Source: Nemertoderma westbladi
Lineage: Eukaryota > Animalia > Xenacoelomorpha
Reading direction: 5' to 3'
Assembly: GCA_032718475.1 (NCBI GenBank)
Contig: JAUCBJ010001693.1
Location: 14,641 to 78,640, forward strand
DNA length: 64,000 nucleotides
A program made the position numbers and the translations under genes. This document shows positions 53,301-62,000 of this stretch, one piece after another (the first letter of the stretch is position 1; the number at the start of each line of letters is the position of its first letter). Below the pieces are notes generated by a model. It was not told the origin of the DNA and did no database searches. It saw only the letters and a program-made list of their open reading frames with translations.

Positions 53301-55320
53301 TCATAATTAATGTATTCCTTAGTTCCTGCCGAACGCGAAGTAATCAACAAAGAACGTTCCAGCGGTGCCTACCGACTATCAGCCTATTATTTAGCCAAAC
53401 TCACAAGCGAATCTCCGCTAATCCTCTTTCTACCGAGTGTGTTTGTCTGCGTCGCCTACTGGGTCGTCGGTCTCTATGCTTCTGGGGACGTTGCCTATCT
53501 TGGTGTATTCTTTGCCACCTGGGCCATAGTTCTCTTCAATGCGTTATCCTTTGAGGTAAGAATTCCTTTGATCACATTTGTCCTGGAATACTCGGTTGAT
53601 AATATTCCCCATATGAAATTTGAACTGTTAGTTTAGCTTTCATCATTGCAGCTACGGTATCGAAATTTTTGTTTTCTCATTAAAACCTTTTTTGATTAGG
53701 CTGTACACGTACAGTAGTGGATTGGATTCTCAATCAATTAATTCTTTGTTGATATTGTATTTTAATTACCTTCTCGTTTCTGTGCCATTTACACCGAGAG
53801 TGATTTTATCAGACTCTGCAACACAACACACCAGTCCGGGCCAGCCATGTACAACCTGATCAGCTGAAGAGGATCTTCAGGGATCAGATGATGACCTCTG
53901 AATATTATTTTGGTCTGCATTAAATAAACTGTAAAGGGGATGTAAAAATCACATGGAATCAAACAGAGATCTACAGACAGCAGTGAGTGGGCGGGGACTC
54001 TCCAGGCTGTTTTATGGCTGGTGGTTGGGGCTGTCAGATCACCTCACCTGACCCCAGATCCCATGTTGGTACTTAGATCTAACAAAAGATAATTTATACT
54101 AACTCGGTAACATCTTATTAACCAAATCAATTATCCATCTACCCAGTAGCCTACGGTGTTGTTCGTGGCAGTAGGCCGTCTAAGGAACCTTTGGTGTCAG
54201 CCATTAGTCTTGCTTTGACACCTTTTACAATGCATATGGATGGTTGATATATGTTTGTTATGCTCGTTTTGAACTGTGGAGGTATTGTGTTGCGTTGCAG
54301 AAGGGAGAAGGATGGTCAATGCATACCTCGTGACTCAAACAATCAGCCTTATTTCTTGTAATTGTATTTCTAGCAATTGTGCATCTATCTGAATGTCGGA
54401 CCTGGCGTCCCACGTACAGTGCCAGGTATTTTTAGTATATTTTCAGTACTGAAACACAGCACTAGCACTGCCTTGTCCTGCAATGTACCTGTACTGTACT
54501 TTCTTTTGGAGAAAAAAGTATCTCCGAGAGTGCATTTTAAAAGGCTATTTTAAGATTAAATCAGTGTTCATTTGTAAATGGTGCTCGCTTAGTTAGGTCC
54601 GTGCTCCACTGGTTAAATCATAAGTCGTTTTAAGTCGCTTACCAGTGGAGACGCTCCCATTGAAACCAATGTGTTCCATAATCAATTTCTACTTGACTTA
54701 CCAGTGCAGCACGATCCTTACAAATCACTGAATTGCAGAAAATGTGGCTGATAACAGTTTTATTTTAATTACAGGCGATAGGAATTTGTATAAGCGCGAC
54801 TGTACTAATTCAACGCCAAGCTCTAACCGCAGCCGCTGTGTTCGCTGTCACATCGATGCTGCTAGGCGGGTTCTTTGTCCGCCGTTTACCCGTTTGGCTG
54901 CAGTGGATTCGTTTCGCCTCTATTCTGCACTACACCTACCACATGCTAAACCAACTCGAGTACTGGGGAGAAGATCACATTAGGTTGGGTTCAATTATCG
55001 ATAATATTATTAGCGATACAGAGTTCAGAGTAAGCGTACTACAGTGCCACACAAAGTAATTGATTGTTTAAGTAAAAAGTTTGGTATAAAATATTTAACT
55101 AGTCATGTTAGTTTTTATTTATTTCAGTTGCCACAGTCAATTAAATCGAACCATGTTCAAATCGACTTGTCAAAATCCAGCCAATCACGATCGCTTAATT
55201 CCAAACGACGAAATCCTAAAGTTCCTTGGTGTAACGGACCTGCCATTTTGGGCCAATCTCATCATTATTTTAACTGTTGGTATTACGATGAAATTTTTGG
55301 GATACCTTTCTATGAAGTGA
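2229..55320 (+). CDS. ABCG: ABCG-family (white-like) ABC half transporter, NBD-TMD order, ~665 aa. Exons: 2229-2336, 4144-4185, 6285-6456, 8090-8262, 9992-10097, 17972-18072, 23771-23896, 26204-26333, 26772-26914, 27064-27186, 52133-52271, 53323-53555, 54775-54983, 55128-55320
   Basis: Walker A GPSG|AGKTT, signature LSGGEKKR, Walker B LLLLD|EPTSGLD, H-loop SIHQPS, NPADF, and ABC2-type membrane domain ([40 protein letters not shown]). All junctions are GT-AG with matching phases; exon lengths sum to 1998 nt. Family-level call only; the first two exons are least certain. Confidence 0.93.
2589..3212. repeat. Foldback inverted repeat (~290-bp arms) with tRNA-like heads at both outer ends
   Basis: 2589-~2880 is the reverse complement of ~2940-3212. 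Confidence 0.85.
3154..3312 (+). mobile_element. tRNA-derived SINE-like element
   Basis: A box TAGCTGAATGG, B box GTTCGATCC, (TCAA)n tail; no proper acceptor stem. Confidence 0.6.
4144..4185 (+). CDS. ABCG putative small exon ([14 protein letters not shown])
   Basis: CAG acceptor, strong donor CAG|GTGAGT, 42 nt, phase 0-0; no homology support. Confidence 0.45.
4521..5480 (+). repeat. Minisatellite, ~49-59-bp unit (AGCTGTGGACAAGGTAATTAATTAGGGTCCGGATAATAGGGAG…), ~18 copies
   Basis: Direct tandem repeats visible in the sequence. Confidence 0.95.
6285..6456 (+). CDS. ABCG exon, start of NBD to Walker A (…[22 protein letters not shown])
   Basis: Acceptor TTTATTTCTAG; donor GTG|GTAAGT, phase 1. 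Confidence 0.88.
6441..6925 (+). repeat. 28-bp minisatellite made of exon end plus 5' splice site (TTGGGTTATGGGACCAAGTG|GTAAGTAT), ~17 copies
   Basis: The first unit overlaps the coding exon end; degenerate copies resume at ~7988-8037, beyond the MITE. Confidence 0.95.
6984..7977. mobile_element. Non-autonomous hAT-like MITE
   Basis: TIRs CAGGCCCGTAGCCAG / CTGGCTACGGCACTG; 8-bp TSD ATTCCAAC (6976-6983, 7978-7985). Confidence 0.85.
8090..8262 (+). CDS. ABCG exon ([13 protein letters not shown]…[13 protein letters not shown])
   Basis: Acceptor TTCCCTAG; completes Walker A and contains the Q-loop; donor ATG|GTAAGA. Confidence 0.92.
8497..9695. mobile_element. Non-autonomous TIR element (Mutator-like by TSD length) with internal 53-bp tandem repeat at ~8880-9460
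   Basis: Imperfect TIRs GG…GTAAAACGCGGATCC; 9-bp TSD GTGATTTTT (8488-8496, 9696-9704); the internal unit repeats the TIR motif ATCCGCGTTTTACAC. Confidence 0.8.
9992..10097 (+). CDS. ABCG exon ([35 protein letters not shown])
   Basis: Long pyrimidine tract plus TAG acceptor; donor CAA|GTAAGT, phase 1. Confidence 0.92.
10047..17902 (+). repeat. 56-bp minisatellite made of the last 51 nt of the exon plus donor (TTGTTAACTGTATCATCGATAGCTTGGATCTGGGTCTCTGTAGAAACACAA|GTAAG), ~140 copies
   Basis: The first unit lies in coding exon 9992-10097; the array fills all but ~70 nt of the 7.9-kb intron. Confidence 0.98.
17972..18072 (+). CDS. ABCG exon with signature motif and Walker B ([33 protein letters not shown])
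   Basis: Acceptor TTTATTTCAG; donor GAT|GTGAGT. Confidence 0.95.
18266..23674. mobile_element. Non-autonomous TIR element containing nested repeats
   Basis: Long TIRs TAGGACTATTATTCGATAAAAAAAAAGTAAGCG… / …CGCTTACTTTTTTTTTTATCGAAAAATAGTCCTA, TA-rich flanks. Confidence 0.75.
19159..22205 (+). repeat. 24-bp minisatellite AATAACTATT(T/G)ACATACTTGTTGC, ~120 copies
   Basis: Homogeneous array with one dimorphic position; inverted copy TGCAACAAGTATGT at ~22317. Confidence 0.98.
23771..23896 (+). CDS. ABCG exon ([11 protein letters not shown]…[11 protein letters not shown])
   Basis: D-loop and H-loop motifs; AG/GT boundaries, phase 0-0. Confidence 0.95.
24186..24325 (+). mobile_element. tRNA-derived SINE fragment
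   Basis: A-box-like TGGTGTAGTGG and B box GGTTCGATCC. Confidence 0.45.
24870..25310 (-). pseudogene. Fragment of a non-LTR retrotransposon RT-thumb region (CRE/RLE-type)
   Basis: [13 protein letters not shown]…[14 protein letters not shown]…[17 protein letters not shown], resembling the A.LP…GGLG motif; GC-rich island; frameshifted. Confidence 0.65.
26204..26333 (+). CDS. ABCG exon ([17 protein letters not shown]…NPADFI)
   Basis: ABCG NPADF motif; acceptor TTGTTCCAG; donor GTAAGT. Confidence 0.93.
26772..26914 (+). CDS. ABCG linker exon (MEQLRESK…PEDNT)
   Basis: Phase 1 to phase 0; acceptor TTTGTAG; donor ACG|GTTAGT. Confidence 0.8.
27064..27186 (+). CDS. ABCG exon ([27 protein letters not shown]…IIQQ)
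   Basis: [10 protein letters not shown] motif that precedes the TMD; donor CAG|GTAAGT. Confidence 0.9.
27271..28176. mobile_element. Palindromic MITE, TA TSD (Tc1/mariner-like termini)
   Basis: TA|CACCATGACCCGTAATATAGTG…CACTATATTACGGGTCTTGGTG|TA; ~410-bp inverted arms. Confidence 0.9.
28228..28909. mobile_element. Related TA|CACC MITE: left arm plus start of right arm, interrupted at 28910
   Basis: TA|CACCATGTCCTGCAATATAGTGTC; internal inverted arms ~28535-28610 / ~28825-28905. Confidence 0.7.
28910..30919. mobile_element. Non-autonomous TIR element (PIF/Harbinger-like termini)
   Basis: TIRs GGCGAGTGTGAATATAACT / AGTTTTATTCACACTCGCC; subterminal ACGATTAATCGT palindromes; no matching TSD seen. 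Confidence 0.7.
31029..31102 (+). promoter_or_regulatory. Putative promoter of the protamine-like gene: two CCAAT boxes and TATATAAA, repeated in every unit
   Basis: CCAAT at ~31029 and ~31057, TATATAAATA at ~31094, ~125 nt before the ATG; AATAAA ~210 nt after the stop. Confidence 0.5.
31221..31637 (+). CDS. Protamine-like / sperm nuclear basic protein precursor, copy 1 (138 aa), nested in the ABCG intron
   Basis: Intronless; acidic N-terminus, K/R/S/G-rich core with [10 protein letters not shown] repeats; ORF conserved across copies with in-frame indels. Function inferred from composition only. Confidence 0.7.
   Translation: MAYNESENGVLGEDELLSWALEEDRKKDIVSRSTSRKDMEKRRRKKRKGSKKGKKKGKKSRSRSRRGKGSRSRSRRGKGKKGKKMKGRSKSRGKKGVGKSRSRGLGRRADGKSLASQGKLDPCSKFMKKLAKEDMKLN
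32595..35810 (+). CDS. LINE polyprotein: Ala/Pro repeat, zinc finger, APE endonuclease, reverse transcriptase, C-terminal Cys/His motif (1071 aa)
   Basis: SWNVEG, LLTETF, LAGDFN, IDLVF; [45 protein letters not shown]; CRLC…HTLVC. Confidence 0.95.
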   Translation: MWNSAPPVPNAPVAPAAASNAPVAPAVAPNAPVAPAAAPNAPVAPAAAPNAPVAPVTAPNAPVAPAAAPNAPVAHAAAPNAPVAHAAAPNAPMAPAAAPNAPVAPAASPNAPVAPATAPNARVAISCKGCRKVYRYPASLTKHQILCPRFKAADNLELLSQLPFSLPNTLPKIGADANSLSFISWNVEGAETTLDTTIDETFTNTDVLLLTETFMEDLVIDGYACYNVPCEKQDHGRPTGGLTIGINSRLSFVHKCLFSSPSIIAVQCPNFHIILAYFKPVTDVTEILLELNDVVQLVLFKANIPVILAGDFNCRIDGDSTRGDLLCDSLLGLNLVSISDPKLPTYICWNGTSVIDLVFASTNILDYINTAVIHTINTKHQRVNINLSMEHINSVGIGTRDKRPETIRNIDTDKLGELLDPEIFANALADSVDSACKHVSDAITQSAINRPQRKSKPWFNKSCYNLMSQVKQHRSLINSDSSDTQLEAYRTIQKEYKSTMKANKKLYSIRRESNIIKRCESDQKEFWNILKTRKETSVSHQVTNESWFNHFTSLLTRPNPPQLPEVDNNYEDYLDTTITGEEVTAAVASQKSGKAAGPDGITNDILKKGFGHLFPFLFALFAVCFSKATCPIAWLTSIIIPLYKGKGPKSSPDAYRGIALLSCLFKTYTSILFKRLYTWAETYNKLPDEQYGFRTGRSTLDAVRKLYSYISNSLPSGSPVYCVFVDFTKAFDSVNRVKLAYKLSKLGVSRIFISAIWALIATNCIRICVGLYLSDPIFQMIGVIQGDKLSPLLFSLFIADLPLVLTGIGIGLLLYADDLAIYGNSINSVQKTLDKLYKYCDENDLHVNLSKTKVVKFRRGGRLSKQDKLFYNNKSLEFINNFNYLGVVFTTTNKSSGHYKHLYKRGVASCMRLACIVDMHSISYPSAQKLWSLVVFPAVTYGISVFQNLTKEQQKQLEHVIKVRGFFWKIWCGVAKYASTTKILEAVDNPNSTSISLANLAGNRRRIAAQFLSNGFHHKVCQEGRCWRPKDKCVCRLCKEPAKDVAHTLVCEAIPNPQTPLELAFYLQKLD
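32612..32965 (+). repeat. 30-bp GC-rich coding minisatellite ([10 protein letters not shown])n inside the LINE ORF
   Basis: ~11 copies of CCGAATGCGCCCGTGGCCCCCGCCGCGGCC. Confidence 0.9.
36216..36584 (+). pseudogene. Protamine-like copy 2, frameshifted near the C-terminus
   Basis: CTTGACCTTG versus CTTGATCCTTG in other copies; LINE in the promoter and LTR element in the 3' UTR. Confidence 0.75.
36679..37949 (+). repeat. 5' LTR
   Basis: Near-identical to 47716-48986 (constant offset 11037; about 4 substitutions seen by eye). Confidence 0.95.
40195..44349 (+). CDS. BEL/Pao Gag-protease polyprotein with a residual RNase H C-terminal piece (1384 aa)
   Basis: Coiled coil; DUF1759-like [11 protein letters not shown]; knuckles [40 protein letters not shown]; protease ALLDSGS; [13 protein letters not shown]; then [17 protein letters not shown]…WP. 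No YxDD RT or integrase. Confidence 0.92.
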   Translation: MSDATKSLSDSLLESVRMSIRHRQRIKRICDQDPSIEHPRSKSKSPTIVRKAIPTVVVSDPRLVEQRRSIIGTRAQVKRDQEAAIKQQQPPSQKPSSQQPDSSSSLDTVERTPERGEKMADTVYDERPTYEESTDATSSQVESEVESEVESELTAAEKPRTRDAIDIYLSDYQRFLGDEELRRRLSGLRPNSEGTKLVLDAIDAEMLAANQTKFDEQLRITRVQEEQVKKKAIEDRKKAAVAAAAAKAAAEEAKAAVAVEVAAAVAKAAAAVEAAKAAAAIALAEAEQRASEETTQLELENLQETQDCINKQLTANQMQMMSRSTPKRQGYTSSEEGETTDPEGGGNRSRLSRRRKASHRHKLPDLPPAVRRQLANTDLGSSEPTDQIVKVKRLPTILDESEIIRPVVPKATPVLETPVLTELNSKFPLHSTTLPVPGRTVHENIPVLDAEREIKDLSPVVPRLPATMLATPASAVEWVEEGRRGMNLLLGQMQETVHQLKGTLRESRVELQEVQQSIALERDKLVNIQKGIPIPPVTLCQPVRSEVLHAQGVEPTRIYTASEVETPIANPIKGDYEPVVNDIPYRPDNNPRNLYTDNSILNNTMAQESFTRQMARTEARQAVKVGEIVKFNGDEMKWLPFNEYYKDSIQNSVLSNGEKLRFLIKCLEGPPKLMALKFIGHPEGLRQVWDTLNIRYGNKDNIAKYLYAKLVAPRNFLSSGIIEFSDEIQEICRQLDWLGKSHEYQSSMVIGAVVSTLPKGGVCTRWDKKVLYMNEQQRRSPTMADLMSFLDSKVKLQLIKQSREKTSENKVSEKPVSRRRIIPVCYTDDGESQASQEEDSGKDTAKSYYDNKTYKDVSKYKSRTSNRREQVTTTPPTSPKRIHGRKPEERTRVHNVTQGKVSNIKPKCALCDGPHRLSACAEFLKKSLVDRRTVLWNKRLCYNCLRSGHQRRTCYSDVKCAKCGAKHHILLHSEFERNNPSQVSEPELHVQFSDVNDTDQESEMEGFYTDEFSDANESCYLINTAVYRALTHEKDTENEFPPTTFDRQPSWKAPTSNVGIREFPVVQVRVHGPNNSYIVNALLDSGSTGTFIDQELAKDIFAGQPKFRTKLNISGIMQVWKSTLTADYYVGVLSTPQDKLGAQGIRSVKMVAIKNFATTQADLYNWDEDESIQHLKIPRFQTDYPGVQILIGQNAHEALETLEKWPAQPQPLQTYAVRTRVGWYFTGPSRRTLKERLPQQQVYQVKEWEVESSDVDDPTEGTPYSSDNDDINSNVDQWRHCLGTINPADIASRGATPQKLIDTPGWLGGSDFLSKEEEEWPPHLTPAEIRQAKGAEKVTQQLNRPASRLCLLERDQKLSGNYGRQDTLPTTTSLIRQISRDSIT
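46179..47637 (+). pseudogene. Extra 3' ORF of the LTR element: zinc-knuckle protein (~485 codons) broken by one stop and one frameshift
   Basis: The frame of 46179 stays open after TGA 46584-46586 up to 46910; removing one T in the run at 46907-46911 joins it to ORF 46921-47637. Confidence 0.7.
47716..48986 (+). repeat. 3' LTR
   Basis: TGTAAAAG…GCGCGTACA followed by TSD ATTTT and resumption of the host unit. Confidence 0.95.
49071..50638. mobile_element. Non-autonomous piggyBac-like element
   Basis: TTAA TSD; termini CCCTATTA…TAATAGGG; subterminal GGGGTCATATTGACCCC palindromes; internal degenerate ~120-bp repeats; host unit sequence resumes exactly afterwards. Confidence 0.88.
51383..52048. 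mobile_element. MITE with long inverted arms
   Basis: CCATCTCCCTTAATACAACAACCATTTTTAGG… / …CCTAAAAATTGTTGATGTATTAACGGAGATGG. Confidence 0.75.
52133..52271 (+). CDS. ABCG TMD exon ([13 protein letters not shown]…DRAGVLFF…)
   Basis: Acceptor TATATTTCAG; donor T|GTGAGT. Confidence 0.9.
52538..53240. repeat. ~17-bp GC-rich minisatellite (GACTCCGACATCGGGGG)n
   Basis: Variable tandem copies with internal palindrome CCGA-CA-TCGG. Confidence 0.92.
53323..53555 (+). CDS. ABCG TMD exon ([26 protein letters not shown]…)
   Basis: Conserved ER..GAY.LSAY motif; donor GAG|GTAAGA. Confidence 0.93.
54596..54717. mobile_element. Small Harbinger-like MITE
   Basis: TTA TSD; TIRs GGTCCGTGCTCCACTGGT / ACCAGTGCAGCACGATCC. 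Confidence 0.65.
54775..54983 (+). CDS. ABCG TMD exon (AIGICISA…[17 protein letters not shown]…)
   Basis: Acceptor TTAATTACAG; donor AG|GTTGGG, phase 2. Confidence 0.92.
55128..55320 (+). CDS. ABCG last coding exon (last TM helix, stop TGA)
   Basis: Acceptor TATTTCAG, phase 2; hydrophobic [21 protein letters not shown]. Confidence 0.88.
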
Positions 55321-55417
55321 GTCTGTATAATAATATTAGTGTCTGCATAATAATTACGGGAGTGGGAATTAATAGGCATAAGAAATAAGCTACAAGCTAA
55401 ATTGATACAATAATTAA

Positions 55418-55667
55418 CCCTTTGCGTACCAAACCTTAAAAATGGCGGCACACTGCCGCCTTTAATTTTCTTTTCATTTTTAAGGACCATGTTCATAAAG
55501 GCGGCAGTGTGCCGCCTTTATGTAATTATAACTTAACCCCCACGGCGGCAGAGTGCCGCCTTTATACAACTATTGGAACGAAAAATGGAGTAAGAAAATA
55601 ACCTTGGTCCAAATTCATATATTTTTCTTGGTCCTAATAATAAAAATCTACATAATTTTGCAAAGGG
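55418..55667. mobile_element. piggyBac-like MITE just downstream of the ABCG stop codon
   Basis: TTAA|CCCTTTGC…GCAAAGGG|TTAA; internal GGCGGCA…TGCCGCC palindromes. Confidence 0.75.
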
Positions 55668-56873
55668 TTAAAATAATGATTTTATTGTTCAAACATTTTG
55701 AGTTTTACATAAGTTGTTGTACAATGTTCGGGACACTAATATATAACATTTGTCGTTGCTCATTACGCCGGTCTGTTAATGTTGATGAAACTTATAAAAT
55801 GTTCTTAGTACTGCCAGTGGTTGTAGTTTTGTATTATTTTATGGAAGATAATGGTATCTGCGATACCACTGCGTTGTATCTTTCAGAATATAATTAGACT
55901 AGCTTTGGTTGTATTGCGTTTTCGGTTTCGCTCACTAAATAATTAATTAAACTCACTAAATTAAATATCCATTACCCGCTGCTAGATACAATATTTATAC
56001 AACTGCCGTGCAGTAATTATTGTTCTTACGTCATTGTTTTAAGTCACTGGTTTGCATTGCAGGCATCTGAATAAACCTGGTAAACCATTGGGATTATTTG
56101 GAACTCTTAAACAGAAGTTTTGCCCAACATGTTGTGAAAAGAAACCATCGAGTAAGAAATTGTAACCATCTATAGATCGAACAGCTGCCTCACAAACTCA
56201 CAATTATCAGGACGTTTCATCCGTGCTACTTACATTTATCTATATTTGTATATTTCTGCGAGTATTTTGATATATAATATTAATATTATTAACCTACTAG
56301 CATAGCAGCAGAAACATTATGTGAAATTTAATTTAACGAAAGAATAATTCCATTAGGCCCCACTAGTGCATATTAATGTGAAGAAATAAATATGTAGTGT
56401 TTTGTTTACTTAAAGAATACATTAAGTCACGCGGGGATTTCTACGAGATTATGCAATCTCTACCATTATTTTGACACTCATATTAATTACTGTAGTTGGT
56501 GTGGATTTCTCTAATTGTGACTCTAGGATGGGCAGGAGGGGGGGGGGGGGGGGGGGATGGGGGATCGGGGGTGGTGTGGGGGGGGGGGGGATTTAGATTT
56601 AATAATGTTCGCTAATTGTATTGCCACCTATTATTATGATTATATTCAAAGGGTTGAGTTTCTATAAATCCCTTGGATATTTATGCAGGGGTTAAAAATG
56701 ATTCCATGTCAACACTTCAATGGTCAACTCTTCGAAAGGAATTTAGTGCCACACTTCGAAAAGCCATGTCAACACTTCGAAATAATAATGAAATAATATA
56801 ATAATAATAATAATAAAAGTAATAATAACAAAAACTAAGTTTCGTATTTATTTTTGTTACCATTTATTAAATT

Positions 56874-57296
56874 ATATCGTGACCAAAGAGCTCCAGAACA
56901 ACACTCACCAAAAAATGTGGTTTCGAGAAAAATGCAAAAAACCTTCTCATTTCCCTCTATATGGATCCCGTGAAGATACAATGACACATTTTATAATTGT
57001 GGCTAGCATTTTATCACAGAAACATAAGAACTCACGTCATTCCTCGACTATTGAATGGTGTTTTTCCTGGCAAAGTATGATAGAGAAAAGTGTGGTATGT
57101 GTTGTTGTTTTACCTCTAACGGTTTTCAACTTATATGTTGTGAGGGTTGTTCTGGTTTTCCGTATCTCCTAAACGGACTGACATACAAGTGTAGGATTTT
57201 AACATAAGATGTAGAACGCCATTTTTGAGTAATTTTGGTGAAAATTTTTTTTTTTAAATTGTGGTATGTGTTATTCTGGCTCTATGGTCACGATAT
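56874..57296. mobile_element. MITE
   Basis: TIRs ATATCGTGACCAAAGAGC… / …GCTCTATGGTCACGATAT. Confidence 0.7.
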
Positions 57297-57740
57297 TGCA
57301 CAGTGTTTAGGATAAAATTAAAGCCAGTGTGATATATGTTTCATGAGCCACAATGCTAGGATATATTATCCTGGGATTCCCAATGTTCGGGCGTTGATTT
57401 CATCAGCAGTGACTTACCACTATTGTCTCCGGCGTATTACAAACCTGTGTAGGTAGATTTTTAATTTTATAAAATAATAAAATAAGAAGGCGCTCTTCAA
57501 ATCATTATTATTTCATTATCATTATTAAATCATATTTTAGAAGTACTGTACTAAAGTGCTAACAAACAGCAGTCCTGCACTGGTAAAGTGCTAACTGTTT
57601 TAATGTGCTAACCTAAAGTGCTAACACTCCCTGAAAAAAATTTGTTAATACAAGTTGACTACAATTCCAAGTTCCGATTGGCTCATTTCGAAGTGTTAGC
57701 AGTTTGACCTCTTTGCAAGGTTTTGCAAGGTTTGCTTTGT

Positions 57741-57977
57741 AGGTCTAGGAGTCGCCGAGGTAAAGGAAGTCGGTCTAGAAGTCGTAGAGGAAAGGGGAAG
57801 AAAGGAAAGAAGATGAAGGGAAGATCGAAAAGTCGGGGGAAGAAAGGAGTAGGGAAGTCTCGATCAAGGGGCCTTGGAAGAAGAGCCGATGGGAAAAGTC
57901 TTGCCAGTCAGGGAAAACTTGATCCTTGCAGCAAGTTTATGAAGAAGTTGGTAAAGGAGGATATGAAACTGAACTAA
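57741..57977 (+). pseudogene. 5'-truncated protamine-like copy
   Basis: Identity to the unit begins abruptly at AGGTCTAGGAGTCG; no ATG or promoter. Confidence 0.8.
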
Positions 57978-58809
57978 TTAATCCTGTAAACTGATATTTT
58001 CCTGCCTCGCGGTCAACTATTTTATTGATAAAGCGTTACTAAGAATTACTTCGAATTATACATTCACTGTTACCATAATTCATTGTTATCTTTACTTTAT
58101 TTCACCTTAAACTATTAATGTTGTTTTGAGTTAATGTTTACATTTTTTACAAATTTATTAGGCTATAGCCATGGGTTTTTTACATTAATTATTCAATCTT
58201 GATATTTTCTGGGCTGAATAGGTTACTTAGAAATTAATATTGATGTTTATAAATAATTAAAACCAACTCATAAAATGTAATGCCTACATGATAATACTAG
58301 TATATGGATATTCCCACATAATCAAAATGTTCTAGAACATTGTTTTACTGTGATAATTATTTTACTTTATACAAATAAATTATATTTTTACTGTGATATT
58401 AAATTAATAAAAACTGTTACTTTAGATAGTATATGTTGGAATTGACTGAGCATACCAATAGTTCTTACTCGCGAAGTTAGTTCTTTGTCTTGATAGGCAT
58501 ACGGCCCCTGGATATAGTGAATATGGAATGAAAATAATCCCGTTAACAGAATAAATACGCCTTTAATTTTTACAGGTATTGAAAATCACCCACCTAAATT
58601 ATACTGTATATTACATCCAATCAACCACCTTTAATATAATTTAACCAATGGACAACAGATTCTAGAATTTAATCTTCATAATATATAAATAACAAAAACG
58701 TCGATAAAACTTGTAATACACAAAACACTAATGATTTAAATTGCAACAAAATTTTATTAGGATAAATAAATAATAGAAACAGTACTGGTGATTAGGTTCC
58801 ATTGCTGTG

Positions 58810-59226
58810 ATGGCTTACAATGAGAGTGAAAATGGCTTGTTGGGTGAGGACGAGTTACTGAGTTGGGCCTTAGAGGAAGATAGAAAGAAGGATATTGTGA
58901 GTAGATCAACCAGCAGGAAAGATATGGAGAAACGGAGACGAAAGAAACGGAAGGGAAGTAAGAAGGGAAAGAAGAAGGGAAAGAAGAGCAGGTCTAGGAG
59001 TCGCCGAGGTAAAGGAAGTCGGTCTAGAAGTCGTAGAGGAAAGGGGAAGAAAGGAAAGAAGATGAAGGGAAGATCGAAAAGTCGGGGGAAGAAAGGAGTA
59101 GGGAAGTCTCGATCAAGGGGCCTTGGAAGAAGAGCCGATGGGAAAAGTCTTGCCAGTCAGGGAAAACTTGATCCGTGCAGTAAGTTTATGAAGAAGTTGG
59201 CAAAAGAGGATATGAAACTGAACTAA
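58810..59226 (+). CDS. Protamine-like protein (138 aa)
   Basis: Intact ORF with the same promoter and 3' elements as copy 1. Confidence 0.7.
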   Translation: MAYNESENGLLGEDELLSWALEEDRKKDIVSRSTSRKDMEKRRRKKRKGSKKGKKKGKKSRSRSRRGKGSRSRSRRGKGKKGKKMKGRSKSRGKKGVGKSRSRGLGRRADGKSLASQGKLDPCSKFMKKLAKEDMKLN

Positions 59227-60221
59227 TTAATCCTGTAAACTGATATTTTCCTGCCTCGCGGTCAACTATTTTATTGATAAAGCGTTACTAATAATATATT
59301 ATTTAATGAATTAAGATTTTAATCTTAATTCATTAAATAATATATTCTTAGTCACGGTCCTACTGTTATCTGTCAATTACTTTATCTTTCATGCAATGAT
59401 TATAAATATAATCCCACATGCCCATAACTAAAGAAATAAATTTACTCAAGAAATTCCAGAAACATGTTGCATTTCTATAACTTCTTGTAAGTCAACATAT
59501 TATTATAATGTTAACTTTACTTCACCGTAGAAGTAAGTTTCGAACGCCCATAGCTATTTATTATATTATATTATATTATATATTTTTAAAAACTGCCATC
59601 TCGAAAATGCTCCAGTTGCACCGCAGTTATTCTTTAACCTAATTGATTTGGTACCAATGGAAAGCTGGCCATCATGCAAGGATTCCAAATAATAATGTAA
59701 AAACATTTGAATTTGGTTGGGTGCAGAGAGATGTACTTTTTCGAATTTGTAATGCCAAATTTGTGGGAAGATCTGTGGATACCTCAATGTGTGACTATTC
59801 CACAATAGTTTATTTTATCGGGGTAGTCCGTACTTTAGATAGTATATGTTGAAATTGACTGAGCATACCAATAGTTCGTACTCGCGAAGTTAGTTCTTTG
59901 TCTTGATAGGCATACGGCCCCTGGATATAGTGAATATGGAATGAAAATAATCCCGTTAACAGAATAAATACGCCTTTAATTTTACAGGTATTGAAAATCA
60001 CCCACCTAAATTATGTTGTATATTACATCCAATCAAGAACCTTTAATATAATTTAACCAATGGACAACAGATTCTAGAATTTAATCTTCATATTATATAA
60101 ATAACAAAAACGTCGATAAAACTTGTCATACGCAAAACACTAATGATTTAAGTTGCAACAAAGTTTTATTAGGATAAATAAATAATAGAAACAGTACTGG
60201 TGATTAGGTTCCATTGCTGTG

Positions 60222-60626
60222 ATGGCTTACAATGAGAGTGAAAATGGCGCGTTGGGTGAGGATGAGTTACTGAGTTGGGCCTTAGAGGAAGATAGAAAGA
60301 AGGATATTGTGAGTAGATCAACCAGCAGAAAAGATATGGAGAAACGGAGACGAAAGAAACGGAAGGGAAGTAAGAAGGGAAAGAAGAGCAGGTCTAGGAG
60401 TCGCCGAGGTAAAGGAAGTCGGTCTAGAAGTCGTAGAGGAAAGGGGAAGAAAGGAAAGAAGATGAAGGGAAGATCGAAAAGTCGGGGGAAGAAAGGAGTA
60501 GGGAAGTCTCGATCAAGGGGCCTTGGAAGAAGAGCCGATGGGAAAAGTCTTGCCAGTCAAGGAAAACTTGATCCTTGCAGCAAGTTTATGAAGAAGTTGG
60601 TAAAGGAGGATATGAAACTGAACTAA
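60222..60626 (+). CDS. Protamine-like protein (134 aa; in-frame 12-nt deletion)
   Basis: Intact ORF lacking one KGKK unit. Confidence 0.7.
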   Translation: MAYNESENGALGEDELLSWALEEDRKKDIVSRSTSRKDMEKRRRKKRKGSKKGKKSRSRSRRGKGSRSRSRRGKGKKGKKMKGRSKSRGKKGVGKSRSRGLGRRADGKSLASQGKLDPCSKFMKKLVKEDMKLN

Positions 60627-61583
60627 TTAATCCTGTAAACTGATATTTTCCTGCCTCGCGGTCAGCTATTTTATCGATATAAAGCATTTTAATTCATTAA
60701 ATAATATATTCTTAGTAACGGTCCTACTGTTATCTGTCAATTACTTTATCTTTCATGCAATGATTATAAATATTATCCTACATGCCCATAACTAAAGAAA
60801 TAAATTTACTCAAGAAATTCCAGAAACATGTTGCATTTCTATAACTGCTTGTAAGCCAACATATTATTATAATGTTAACTTTACTTCACCGAAGAAGTAA
60901 GTTTCGAACGCCCATAGCTATTTATTATATTATATTATATTATATATTTTTAAAAACTGCCATCTCGAAAATGCTCCAGTTGCACCGCAGTTATTCTTTA
61001 AACTAATTGATTTGGTACCAATGGAAAGCTGGCCATGCAAGGATTCCAAATAATAATGTAAAAACATTTGAATTTGGTTGGGTGCGGAGAGATGTACTTT
61101 TTCGAATTTGTAATGCCAAATTTGTGGGAAGATCTGGGGATACCTCAATGTGTGACTATTCCACAATAGTTTATTTTATCGGGGTAGTCCGTACTTTAGA
61201 TAGTATATGTTGGAATTGACTGAGCATACCAATAGTTCTTACTCGCGAAGTTATTTCTTTGTCTTGATAGGCATACGGCCCCTGGATATAGTGAATATGG
61301 AATGAAAATAATCCCGTTAACAGAATAAATACGCCTTTAATTTTTACAGGTATTGAAAATCACCCACCTAAATTATACTGTATATTACATCCAATCAAGA
61401 ACCTTTAATATAATTTAACCAATGGACAACAGATTCTAGAATTTAATCTTCATATCATATAAATAACAAAAACGTCGATAAAACTTGTCATACGCAAAAC
61501 ACTAATGATTTAAGTTGCAACAAAGTTTTATTAGGATAAATAAATAATAGAAACAGTACTGGTGATTAGGTTCCATTGCTGTG

Positions 61584-62000
61584 ATGGCTTACAATGAGAG
61601 TGAAAATGGCGCGTTGGGTGAGGATGAGTTACTGAGTTGGGCCTTAGAGGAAGATAGAAAGAAGGATATTGTGAGTAGATCAACCAGCAGAAAAGATATG
61701 GAGAAACGGAGACGAAAGAAACGGAAGGGAAGTAAGAAGGGAAAGAAGAAGGGAAAGAAGAGCAGGTCTAGGAGTCGCCGAGGTAAAGGAAGTCGGTCTA
61801 GAAGTCGTAGAGGAAAGGGGAAGAAAGGAAAGAAGATGAAGGGAAGATCGAAAAGTCGGGGGAAGAAAGGAGTAGGGAAGTCTCGATCAAGGGGCCTTGG
61901 AAGAAGAGCCGATGGGAAAAGTCTTGCCAGTCAAGGAAAACTTGATCCTTGCAGCAAGTTTATGAAGAAGTTGGTAAAGGAGGATATGAAACTGAACTAA
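61584..62000 (+). CDS. Protamine-like protein (138 aa)
   Basis: Intact ORF. Confidence 0.7.
   Translation: MAYNESENGALGEDELLSWALEEDRKKDIVSRSTSRKDMEKRRRKKRKGSKKGKKKGKKSRSRSRRGKGSRSRSRRGKGKKGKKMKGRSKSRGKKGVGKSRSRGLGRRADGKSLASQGKLDPCSKFMKKLVKEDMKLN

Noticed and set aside
52504-53350. Many overlapping ORFs on both strands
   Set aside because: Translations of a GC-rich ~17-bp minisatellite.
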